Source: Bacilli bacterium
GTDB lineage: Bacteria > Bacillota_I > Bacilli_A > RFN20 > CAG-826
Direction: 5' to 3'
NCBI GenBank assembly: GCA_023268805.1
Contig: JALRKT010000004.1
Coordinates: 1 to 63,127, forward strand
Length of the DNA stretch: 63,127 bases
Of the stretch, positions 48,248-56,681 are shown one piece after another (within the stretch, counting starts at the first letter, position 1; every line of letters starts with the position of its first letter). Made by a program: the position numbers and the translations under genes. Under the pieces are notes generated by a model. It saw only the letters and a program-made list of their open reading frames with translations. It was not told the origin of the DNA and ran no database searches.

Positions 48248-49556
48248 GATGAACCTCCTTGATACGTGAGACAAACGCATCGATATCCGTTTTTGTTTTG
48301 CTTTCAGAACAATAAAATATCACGCGCTGATCTTCAAGACGTTGTCCTAATAAGTATCCGTGTTGTAAGAGCCCGTTTTCTAATGCTTCGGAGTCACCGA
48401 CATATGTCAGCGCCACTTCATAAGCAAAGGGTGCTTGAAAGGCCATCGTAAAGAGATTTGTCTTCACAAGTTCCTGGGCAAGGTAATGGGCTGCTTGAGT
48501 GGCTTGATCAAAAGCTTTCACGAGCCCTTGTTTTCCCATCGAAGCACAATAAATCGTAGCCTGTAATGCGAGTAAGGATTGATTTGAACAAATGTTCGAG
48601 TTCGCTTTTTCCCGACGAATGTGTTGTTCTCGGGCTTGTAAGGTTAAGACGAAACCACGTTCGCCCTTGGAATCTTTAGTATAACCACAAATACGGCCTG
48701 GCATTTTTCTTACATAGTCCATTTTCGTTGCTAGATAACCTAAATAAGGACCGCCGAAGGATAAAGGAAGACCTAAGGATTGCGCTTCTCCACAAACGAT
48801 GTCTGCCCCTAAAGAACCTGGCGTTTTTAAACGAGATAAGGCAAAAGGATCGTTGTAGGAAATAACCAGGGCTTTTTGGCCATGAATCGCGGTCACAAAA
48901 CGATCAAAATACTCGATATTTCCGTAACGATTTGGGTAACTAAAAATCACCGCTGAAAACGGTTCTTGCATCGCTTTTTCAAGCGCGTTTATATCAATGA
49001 GTCCGGCTTTGGAAGGTAAGACATCCAAGATTATATTTCGATAATGTGCATACGTTTGGATGACTTTTTCCACATGTGGAAGTAAGGGGGAGGCAACAAT
49101 TAATCGACGGTGTGTGGCAATATTAACGGCCATCATCATCGCTTCAGCAAGCGCGGTGGGTCCATCATAAACCGAGGCATTCGAAACTTCCATGCCCGTG
49201 AGTTCAGTGATCATCGATTGCCATTCGAAAATATATTGCAAGGTCCCTTGCGCCACTTCGGGTTGATAGGGTGTGTAGGACGTTAAAAATTCTTGACGCG
49301 AACTCAACGTGTCGACGATAGCAGGACGTTCATGTTCATAAGCGCCAAAGCCGCGGTAAGATTCTAATACGGTGCCTTGATTTGCCTTGAGGTGTTTGCG
49401 TAATTGGTGTTCGGATAAGCGTGGCAAAATGGCATACGGTTTTTTCAACCGTAACGAAGAGGGGATATCAATTAATAAGTCATCAACATCTGGGACGTTG
49501 ATGACTTTTAACATGTCTTTACGATTGGTATCGGTCAGCGGCAAGTATTTGAACAT
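48237..49556 (-). CDS. gcvPA: Glycine dehydrogenase (decarboxylating) subunit 1
   Basis: 'MFKYLPLTD...' N-terminus and 'FLTSYTPYQPE'. TTG 49565 is an alternative start. Confidence 0.9.
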   Translation of the reverse strand: MFKYLPLTDTNRKDMLKVINVPDVDDLLIDIPSSLRLKKPYAILPRLSEHQLRKHLKANQGTVLESYRGFGAYEHERPAIVDTLSSRQEFLTSYTPYQPEVAQGTLQYIFEWQSMITELTGMEVSNASVYDGPTALAEAMMMAVNIATHRRLIVASPLLPHVEKVIQTYAHYRNIILDVLPSKAGLIDINALEKAMQEPFSAVIFSYPNRYGNIEYFDRFVTAIHGQKALVISYNDPFALSRLKTPGSLGADIVCGEAQSLGLPLSFGGPYLGYLATKMDYVRKMPGRICGYTKDSKGERGFVLTLQAREQHIRREKANSNICSNQSLLALQATIYCASMGKQGLVKAFDQATQAAHYLAQELVKTNLFTMAFQAPFAYEVALTYVGDSEALENGLLQHGYLLGQRLEDQRVIFYCSESKTKTDIDAFVSRIKEVHHGL

Positions 49557-49568
49557 ACACTTCAACGA

Positions 49569-49934
49569 CTATTTCGCTAAGGCGTCATAGTCTTCCTTGC
49601 TCAATAGTTTAGCAAATTCACTTGGATTTGTGACCTTTAATTTAATCATCCAATTTTCTTCAGCATTGTCATTAATAAGTTCGGGATTTGTGGCGACTGC
49701 TTCGTTGATTTCTAAGACTTCTCCTGACATAGGAAGATAGAGATCAGACGCGGATTTCACGGATTCAACAACGCCAAAAATATCATTTTCTTTGAAGGCT
49801 TTACCGGGATTCGGTAAATCGACAAACACGATGGTACCTAAACTTGCTTGCGCGAAATCGGTAATGCCAATGGTGGCAATATCATCGTGGATGACCACCC
49901 ATTCGTGGGAGGGGGAATAACGTTTTTCTGACAT
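49569..49934 (-). CDS. gcvH: Glycine cleavage system H protein
   Basis: Lipoyl-lysine motif 'VESVKSASD'. 121 aa. Confidence 0.93.
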   Translation of the reverse strand: MSEKRYSPSHEWVVIHDDIATIGITDFAQASLGTIVFVDLPNPGKAFKENDIFGVVESVKSASDLYLPMSGEVLEINEAVATNPELINDNAEENWMIKLKVTNPSEFAKLLSKEDYDALAK

Positions 49935-49945
49935 GGGTAATCTCC

Positions 49946-51040
49946 TTAGCGTTTATACTGCTTTTGCATAAATATCATATCACGAACGACGGCGCGTAAG
50001 GGGGTCGTTCTCATCATGACGGTGACTTCTTGACCGAGTTCATAATACGGGGCATCTAAAAGCGCCATGGCTAACCCTTTGTCACGGCCAGGAAGTAAAT
50101 ATCCTGTTGTGACATGGCCGATCTTTTGATCCCCCATTAGAACAGGATATTCTGCCCGGATGACACCCCGATCGCGGAGTTCAAGACCGACAAGTTTTCG
50201 TTTTAACGGGACGTCTTTGATGGCGAGAAGTGCCTCTTTACCGACAAATTCTTTATCCCATTTGAGTGCGAAGGATAATCCTGCTTCTAGCGGATGAATT
50301 TCTGGTGAGATTTCATGGGAATAAAGAGGGAGTGCCGCTTCGAAACGTAAGGTGTCACGCGCGCCCAATCCACAGGGGGTGACATCATCTCGTTTTAACA
50401 AAGCCTCCCATAATAGGGTGGTCGTTTCTACGTCCGCATAAATTTCAAAGCCATCACTTCCGGTATAACCTGAACGGGAAATCATGAGCCAATGGCCTTG
50501 ATGTTTGGTTTCAATGTAGGTCATAAATTTAAGTTGAGATAATTCCACTTTTTTGGTAATGACGGCTTGTAAGGCTTTTTCCGCCAGTGGTCCTTGAAGG
50601 GCGAGTTGGCACATGGATAACGTCACGACCTCAAGATGAACATCATACTGATGTTTTTGTTGATGAGATCGCAGCCACTCTAAATCAATGACGGCGTTAA
50701 TCGCATTAATCACGATAAGAATTTTTTGTTTTGAAAACGGATAGGCGATGAGATCATCGATAGGGTAACCTTCCTGATTCAACAAAAGTCCATAAACGGC
50801 TTTGTGAGTTTCAGGTTCAGGGAGGCGATTGGTGATCAGGGATTCAACAAAGGGGATTGAATCCTTTCCTGTAATTAATACACGACCCATGTGGGAGACA
50901 TCAAATAAACCGGATGTTAGTCGTACGGCTTGATGTTCTTTGACAAGACCTACAAAATCTTGTGGGACGGTAAAACCGCCATAATAGACCATTTTGGCGC
51001 CATGACGGAGAAGGGTTTCATGTAAGGGAAGTTGGGGCAT
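49946..51040 (-). CDS. gcvT: Aminomethyltransferase (glycine cleavage T protein)
   Basis: 'GLFDVSHMG', 'SRSGYTGSDGFE' and 'GLGARDTLRFEA'. Confidence 0.93.
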   Translation of the reverse strand: MPQLPLHETLLRHGAKMVYYGGFTVPQDFVGLVKEHQAVRLTSGLFDVSHMGRVLITGKDSIPFVESLITNRLPEPETHKAVYGLLLNQEGYPIDDLIAYPFSKQKILIVINAINAVIDLEWLRSHQQKHQYDVHLEVVTLSMCQLALQGPLAEKALQAVITKKVELSQLKFMTYIETKHQGHWLMISRSGYTGSDGFEIYADVETTTLLWEALLKRDDVTPCGLGARDTLRFEAALPLYSHEISPEIHPLEAGLSFALKWDKEFVGKEALLAIKDVPLKRKLVGLELRDRGVIRAEYPVLMGDQKIGHVTTGYLLPGRDKGLAMALLDAPYYELGQEVTVMMRTTPLRAVVRDMIFMQKQYKR

Positions 51041-51141
51041 ATGTATTTTCCTAATAGTACTATCATATAAAAAAATAATCTTTATGGTTTTAAAATCATT
51101 CTAGATGGTGTAAAATTAGTCAAAATTTAGCGGAGGGTTCT

Positions 51142-53289
51142 ATGAATAAAACCAATCTCTTTTTAACCTTACTAGGCGTGGGTGTTCTCACAGCCTGTAC
51201 AACTGCCACATCCAGTAGCGGATTACTTTCTTCGGAATCACCTTCCGAAACGTCTTCGGAAGTTTCTTCGGAAGATCCAGTAGAAAAAACCCTAGAAATT
51301 TCGCGAGAAACATGGCCGTTATTAACGTATGATCCGTACGTTCCAACGCGGGCGTTTTTTAACAATTTACAGTTCCGTTATTTCGGAGCCAGTGATGAAC
51401 CCGATGGTCAGATTACCGATGCCATCAATGGTAACTCAGCATCCTTTTATATGTATAACGTCGACGCCATCGACAACATTGAAAAGATTACGGTAACCTT
51501 GGCAAAGAATAAAACGCAAAAGAATTTTGAAATGTTTGCGGCCACCGATATTGTCGGACCTGAACTCGATGAATTCAAAGTCCCTTATACCCAAACAGCA
51601 GCGTTAGTGTATGAGTATGATTTTTCTGGGTTAAATGTCAACCATTTCCGTTTCAAAAATGGGCTTTACACCCTCATGATTAAATCCATCGTGTTAACCA
51701 TATCCTCTTCGTTTGAATTCCCGGACGCGATTAGTACGGGTGGTGGTGAACAACTTCCAGATACAGGTGACGGTTTTTATAAATTAGAATCTCCCACGAT
51801 TACCCGGGATGATTTTAAGTGGATGACCGGTTCTGCCCTCGATGGTGGTGCGATGCCTCATGTGGGGAATGTCAACCTTCTTATTGTTCCTGTGAACTTC
51901 CTCGACTTTAATTGTGGTGCACAAGACATTTGTGATGCCCGCCGTGATAAGTTAGAGCAAAGTTTCTTTGGTGAATCGGAAGAGATGGAATATGAATCGG
52001 TTGCCTCCTATTATGAAAAGTCAAGTTATGGCCGACTCAATATTGGTGGGGTCGTTACTCCCGAATTCCAAGTCGGTAAAACGGCGGTGGAATGGGCCCG
52101 TGAAGTTCGTCCTACCATTGATCCAGGGATTCAATCTTACTACAATCCTACCTGGGGATTGACCGAAGACATTACCGCTTGGTATCGTGCACAACGCGAA
52201 GTCAATCAAGTTGATTTCCCGTTACCCATTGAAGAATTTGATCAAAACGATGATGGTTGGATTGATGCGCTTATCATGATTTATAACGCGCCGTCCTATC
52301 CAAATGGCAATTATCCGGATGATGTCGAAGATACGTTCTGGGCCTATTGCTACTGGAACTATAATATGCTTGATTTTGAAAGTGAAAATGATGCGGATTA
52401 TCCGATTCCTTTCACCTTCTTCTTTGCAAGTCATGACTTTATGTATGAAGGGTATGGCACGGGAACCGTAGATCCCCATACGTTTATCCACGAAATGGGT
52501 CACATTTTAGGATTACAAGACTACTACACCTACGACGGACTCAATGGGGATTGGGGTGCGGCTGGCGCCTTGGATATGATGGACAATAACGTCCTTGATC
52601 ATAACGCTTATTCTAAATTCTTACTTGAATGGATTGAACCATACGTCATTGATAACACCAAGCAAGAAACAACCTTAACAATTCAACCTTTTGAATCCAG
52701 TGGTGATGCCATCATTATTAATAATGGCTTTAATGGTTCGCCGTATGATGAATACTTAATTATTGAATTCTATACACCAACCGGATTGAATGAAAAACAT
52801 TCCTTAACACCGTATCCGGGTAATGGATTACAAGGCTTTACTATTCCTGGATTGAAGATTTATCACGTCGATTCTCGTATTGGGGCTTACAATTCCGAAA
52901 CAAGTAATTTTGTGGGATTCTCGGATGAAGTGATTCGCGTCGAATCCGAAGATATCGAAGCCGGGGCAACGTATGAATATTACATGATTACGAACTCCAA
53001 CTCTCCGAGCCGTCACCGCTTAAACGGAACCCGTGGAACCCCCGAGGCTCAATACATGAAATTGCTTCACTTGTTAGAATCCAATGGAATCAACACGTTC
53101 CGCGACGGTTTTGATGCAAGTAATGACACCTTATTCGTTGAAGGGGATACATTCACACCGCTCAAACATTTTTCGAGTTTCCCCATCTTTGGACAATTTA
53201 ATGATGGTTCAGAAATTGGTTTTGAAATCCGTGTGGATAACATCACGAGTGAAGGGGCGACGATTACCTTTACGCGCTTCTCTTTCTAA
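51142..53289 (+). CDS. Lipoprotein, M6 (immune inhibitor A-like) zinc metalloprotease with a ~200-aa N-terminal extra domain
   Basis: Lipobox 'GVLTAC', Ser-rich linker, 'HTFIHEMGHILGLQDYY' (HExxH) and GGAGGG SD. Confidence 0.75.
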   Translation: MNKTNLFLTLLGVGVLTACTTATSSSGLLSSESPSETSSEVSSEDPVEKTLEISRETWPLLTYDPYVPTRAFFNNLQFRYFGASDEPDGQITDAINGNSASFYMYNVDAIDNIEKITVTLAKNKTQKNFEMFAATDIVGPELDEFKVPYTQTAALVYEYDFSGLNVNHFRFKNGLYTLMIKSIVLTISSSFEFPDAISTGGGEQLPDTGDGFYKLESPTITRDDFKWMTGSALDGGAMPHVGNVNLLIVPVNFLDFNCGAQDICDARRDKLEQSFFGESEEMEYESVASYYEKSSYGRLNIGGVVTPEFQVGKTAVEWAREVRPTIDPGIQSYYNPTWGLTEDITAWYRAQREVNQVDFPLPIEEFDQNDDGWIDALIMIYNAPSYPNGNYPDDVEDTFWAYCYWNYNMLDFESENDADYPIPFTFFFASHDFMYEGYGTGTVDPHTFIHEMGHILGLQDYYTYDGLNGDWGAAGALDMMDNNVLDHNAYSKFLLEWIEPYVIDNTKQETTLTIQPFESSGDAIIINNGFNGSPYDEYLIIEFYTPTGLNEKHSLTPYPGNGLQGFTIPGLKIYHVDSRIGAYNSETSNFVGFSDEVIRVESEDIEAGATYEYYMITNSNSPSRHRLNGTRGTPEAQYMKLLHLLESNGINTFRDGFDASNDTLFVEGDTFTPLKHFSSFPIFGQFNDGSEIGFEIRVDNITSEGATITFTRFSF

Positions 53290-53314
53290 ACAAATCAACC
53301 TCATAAAACAAAAG

Positions 53315-53343
53315 AAAACTTCCCTCGCGGGAAGTTTTTTTTC
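53315..53343. terminator. Bidirectional terminator between the protease gene and the tRNA
   Basis: A-run-CTTCCC-TCGC-GGGAAG-T8. Confidence 0.8.
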
Positions 53344-53348
53344 TAGCT

Positions 53349-53424
53349 TGGTGGAGCTGACGAGGATCGAACTCGCTACCTCATCGTTGCGAACGATGCG
53401 CTCTACCAAATGAGCTACAGCCCC
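53349..53424 (-). tRNA. tRNA-Ala (anticodon CGC), with encoded CCA
   Basis: The reverse complement folds as a 76-nt cloverleaf. The acceptor is GGGGCUG with the G3:U70 Ala identity pair, the anticodon loop is UUCGCAA and the T-loop is UUCGAUC. Confidence 0.9.
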
Positions 53425-53513
53425 AAACCATACATAACTCTATCAAATTCGTGCCGAATTCACAATTTATTTTGCTTTAAAAACATTTTTACAATTTTTT
53501 GTTATGAAAATAT

Positions 53514-53527
53514 TGTAAGCGATTACA
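53514..53527. promoter_or_regulatory. Catabolite-responsive element (cre) / LacI-family operator TGTAAGCGATTACA
   Basis: Fits TGWNANCGNTNWCA at every constrained position. It overlaps a TTTACA-17-TATTGT promoter-like element (53488-53516) upstream of the glycan locus. Confidence 0.65.
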
Positions 53528-53548
53528 AACTAGATTATGATATAAGAA

Positions 53549-53572
53549 ACCGATTTCCTAAATCGGTATTTT
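53549..53572 (+). promoter_or_regulatory. Leader hairpin (possible attenuator) upstream of the phosphorylase-like gene
   Basis: Perfect 8-bp stem ACCGATTT-CCT-AAATCGGT followed by ATTTT, 13 nt before ATG 53585. Confidence 0.4.
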
Positions 53573-53584
53573 GGAATCACTTTT

Positions 53585-56500
53585 ATGAAAAAATACACGT
53601 TAGAACATTATCAAAAACAAAAAACCTTTGCCGGTTTTTTACCTGGCATTAGCGGTACATTGGGTATCCCTATGTGGTCATTTTATGTCAATCGTGGCCA
53701 AGCGATTGCCTCATTTGGGGTGCGTGATAAAAATGGGGCGATCATGGAATTTTATCCTGCTAACCAAGCATATGCGTATGTGGCAGTCAATGGCTTTCGA
53801 ACCTTCATCAAAGTCGACGGGGTTTTTTATGAATGTTTTCAAGAAAAAAACCAATCCTTGCAAACCATGGATGTTGAAGCGCATCAACTTGCATTAACGG
53901 AAGACATTCCCCACTTAGGATTGCGAGTCAAAATCACGTATTTTACGTTACCTCAAGCAAGCGTTTCTGCGTTAATTCGAAAAGTTTCCTTCGTTAACCT
54001 TGACGGGAAAAAGAAAAACATTGAAATCCTTGATGGGTTAAATCAAATGTTACCTTCTGGTATTGATCATGGCGGTTACAAAGCGGTCAGTAATTTACTG
54101 CAATCCTGGATGCAAGTCGATACGTTTGATCACGGTATTTTCTTAAAGTTACGGGCTTCCACCGCCGACTCCAGTGAAGTCAGCGATGTTCAAGATGGTA
54201 ATTTTTACTTTTATGAAGGATTACCGACCTCGCATTATGTGTATGACTATAAATTGATTTATGCACGAGACACTTCGTTCCAAACCCCTTACCGTTTTCT
54301 GGAACATTCCTTTAATGATTTAGTCAAACAAACCCAAGCCGCGGTCAATCAAGTGCCGTGTGCATTTGTGCTTTCACACTTTGAACTCAATGAAAGTGCT
54401 GCATTCTATGGTGTCTTTGGTTATGGCAAAGATAAAGCCATGATTGAAACGTTCCGTCAAAAGGTAAATGTCGCGTATTTAGACCGTAAGCTTCAAGAAA
54501 ATCAAACGTTAATTCGTGATTTGGTTGGCCATGTGCATACCGAAACATCGGAAGAAATGTTTGATGCGTATGTGGAACAATGTTTTTTAGATAACGTCCT
54601 TCGTGGTGGATTCCCGATGATGTTTGAAACCAAAAAAGGTCCTATTGCTTACCACGTATACTCTCGTAAACACGGTGACTTAGAACGTGACTATAACTTC
54701 TTTTCACTTGAACCAGCGTATTTCTCACAAGGGAATGGCGCCTTCCGTGATGTTTTACAAAATCGTCGTAATGACATTTACATTCAACCCAAAATGGATG
54801 ACTTTTCCATTCGTCAATTTGGATCCTTTATTCAAGCGGATGGCTATAATCCCTTAAGTATTGAAGGGCTCGTATTCTCGTTTGAAGGTGATCTTAACGC
54901 GTTTGCCAAAGGATACCACACCTTACTCAAAGAGTCTTTTTCACCCGGTGAAGTCGCGACTTTAGCGGCGCGCTTGGGCGATGATCCCATTCAAACTGTT
55001 ACAAAGGTTTTAAAACATTCCACGTATGAATTTAAAGCGACCTATGGTGAAGGTTATTGGGAAGATCACTTTACCTATCATCATGATTTAATTGCTGCGT
55101 ATTTAGATGTTTATCCGGATCGTTTAAATACATTAATGTTTCACGCGATTTATCCGTACTTTGTCTCCCCGGCTCGTGTTCGTCCACGTTCGGAAAAATA
55201 CGTCTTAAAAAACGGAAAAGTTCGTCAATATTACGCCGCTCATCATGACCATCACGCCCCCGTACGTGGCTGGTTAAACGATGCCGAAGGTCGCGTTGTT
55301 GAACATACCCTTTTTACCAAATTACTCACATTGTCTATCAATAAATTTGCACACCTTGATCCGGACGCCATGGGGCTCATGTATGAAGGGGAACGACCTG
55401 GCTGGAATGATGCGATGAATGGGTTGCCTGGATTATTTGGTTCGGGCGTGAGTGAACTGTTTGAACTGGCTAAACTGGTAGCCTTTTTAACGACAATTCC
55501 TGTCACGGACGCTTTGGATGTGTTAACGCCCCTCGTACCGTTAATGGATACGTTATTATCCTTGAAATCCGTGCAAGGGATGGAAGCGTGGAATACACGC
55601 ATGACCGCATTAGAAACGTACCGCGATGCTTTACGTCAACCGGTGACATCGACCGCAGTGGATGGTGAACGTATTCAAAAGCTTCTCAAGCATATGCATC
55701 AATTCTTAAGCGATGCCGTCACACGATTAGAACAATCCGAAGCGATTATTCCGACGTACTTTATGTATGAGGCAGTTCGGTATGAACCTTTAAATATTGC
55801 GGTCGATCATGGTCAACCCACCGTGAAGGTCACCGCTTTTAAACGTCATCCGTTACCTCATTTCCTTGAAGGACCGACCCGTTATTTATCATCAATTCAA
55901 CCTAAAATTACGAAAGGCAAGGCGCTTGTGGAGGCCATTCGTCAATCCGAAATTTTTGATACCCCTTTAAAACTCTATAAAACCAGTGAATCCTTGGACG
56001 CAATGTCAATGGAACTTGGACGTATTCGTGCCTTTACCCCGGGTTGGCTTGAACGAGAATCCGATTTCCTTCATATGAGTTATAAATTTTTCCTTGGTCT
56101 TTTTAAAGCCGGACTTTATGAAGAATATTATCGTGACATTGCCACCGGTATGACCTGCTTTATGGATCCTTCGGTCTATGGTCGCTCTCCGTTAGAAAAC
56201 TCTTCCTTTATTGCCACCTCGAATAACCCGGATGCGACCAAACATGGTCAAGGGTTCTTTGCCCGCTTATCCGGTTCAACCGCCGAAGTGATTTCTTTGT
56301 GGAAACTCATGTTTATGGGTCCGACGCTGTTTTCGATGAACGAGGGCGAAATACAATTTTCCATTCAACCACATTTACCGGCTCATTATTTTAAAAACGG
56401 AATGGTGAAAACCACCTTGTTTGGTGAAATCACATTAACCATTCATTATGAAGGCAAACTGCCAACATATGATTCATCAGTCGTCGTCGAAGCGTATGCG

Positions 56501-56629
56501 TTAAAAAATGCGCATGACGCCATTCGACTCCCTGGTTCGGTGATAAAAGGTAAGTACGCGGAAGCGATCCGTGACTTACGTTATCAACATATCGATGTTT
56601 TCTTGAAAGGAGGTCGTGAACCCGGTTAA
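53585..56629 (+). CDS. Large cytoplasmic (alpha/alpha)6-barrel glycoside phosphorylase/hydrolase-like protein (GH94/GH149/GH161-like); exact family unresolved
   Basis: 1014 aa with no signal peptide. 'GNGAFRDVLQNRRND' and 'ERPGWNDAMNGLPG' resemble the RDxxQ and DWND motifs of GH94-type phosphorylases. It lies in a sugar-uptake operon. Confidence 0.5.
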   Translation: MKKYTLEHYQKQKTFAGFLPGISGTLGIPMWSFYVNRGQAIASFGVRDKNGAIMEFYPANQAYAYVAVNGFRTFIKVDGVFYECFQEKNQSLQTMDVEAHQLALTEDIPHLGLRVKITYFTLPQASVSALIRKVSFVNLDGKKKNIEILDGLNQMLPSGIDHGGYKAVSNLLQSWMQVDTFDHGIFLKLRASTADSSEVSDVQDGNFYFYEGLPTSHYVYDYKLIYARDTSFQTPYRFLEHSFNDLVKQTQAAVNQVPCAFVLSHFELNESAAFYGVFGYGKDKAMIETFRQKVNVAYLDRKLQENQTLIRDLVGHVHTETSEEMFDAYVEQCFLDNVLRGGFPMMFETKKGPIAYHVYSRKHGDLERDYNFFSLEPAYFSQGNGAFRDVLQNRRNDIYIQPKMDDFSIRQFGSFIQADGYNPLSIEGLVFSFEGDLNAFAKGYHTLLKESFSPGEVATLAARLGDDPIQTVTKVLKHSTYEFKATYGEGYWEDHFTYHHDLIAAYLDVYPDRLNTLMFHAIYPYFVSPARVRPRSEKYVLKNGKVRQYYAAHHDHHAPVRGWLNDAEGRVVEHTLFTKLLTLSINKFAHLDPDAMGLMYEGERPGWNDAMNGLPGLFGSGVSELFELAKLVAFLTTIPVTDALDVLTPLVPLMDTLLSLKSVQGMEAWNTRMTALETYRDALRQPVTSTAVDGERIQKLLKHMHQFLSDAVTRLEQSEAIIPTYFMYEAVRYEPLNIAVDHGQPTVKVTAFKRHPLPHFLEGPTRYLSSIQPKITKGKALVEAIRQSEIFDTPLKLYKTSESLDAMSMELGRIRAFTPGWLERESDFLHMSYKFFLGLFKAGLYEEYYRDIATGMTCFMDPSVYGRSPLENSSFIATSNNPDATKHGQGFFARLSGSTAEVISLWKLMFMGPTLFSMNEGEIQFSIQPHLPAHYFKNGMVKTTLFGEITLTIHYEGKLPTYDSSVVVEAYALKNAHDAIRLPGSVIKGKYAEAIRDLRYQHIDVFLKGGREPG

Positions 56630-56681
56630 CACACCTCGCTTTCGAAATTGTTCACTGACGACTCATCATGAAAGGAGAAAA

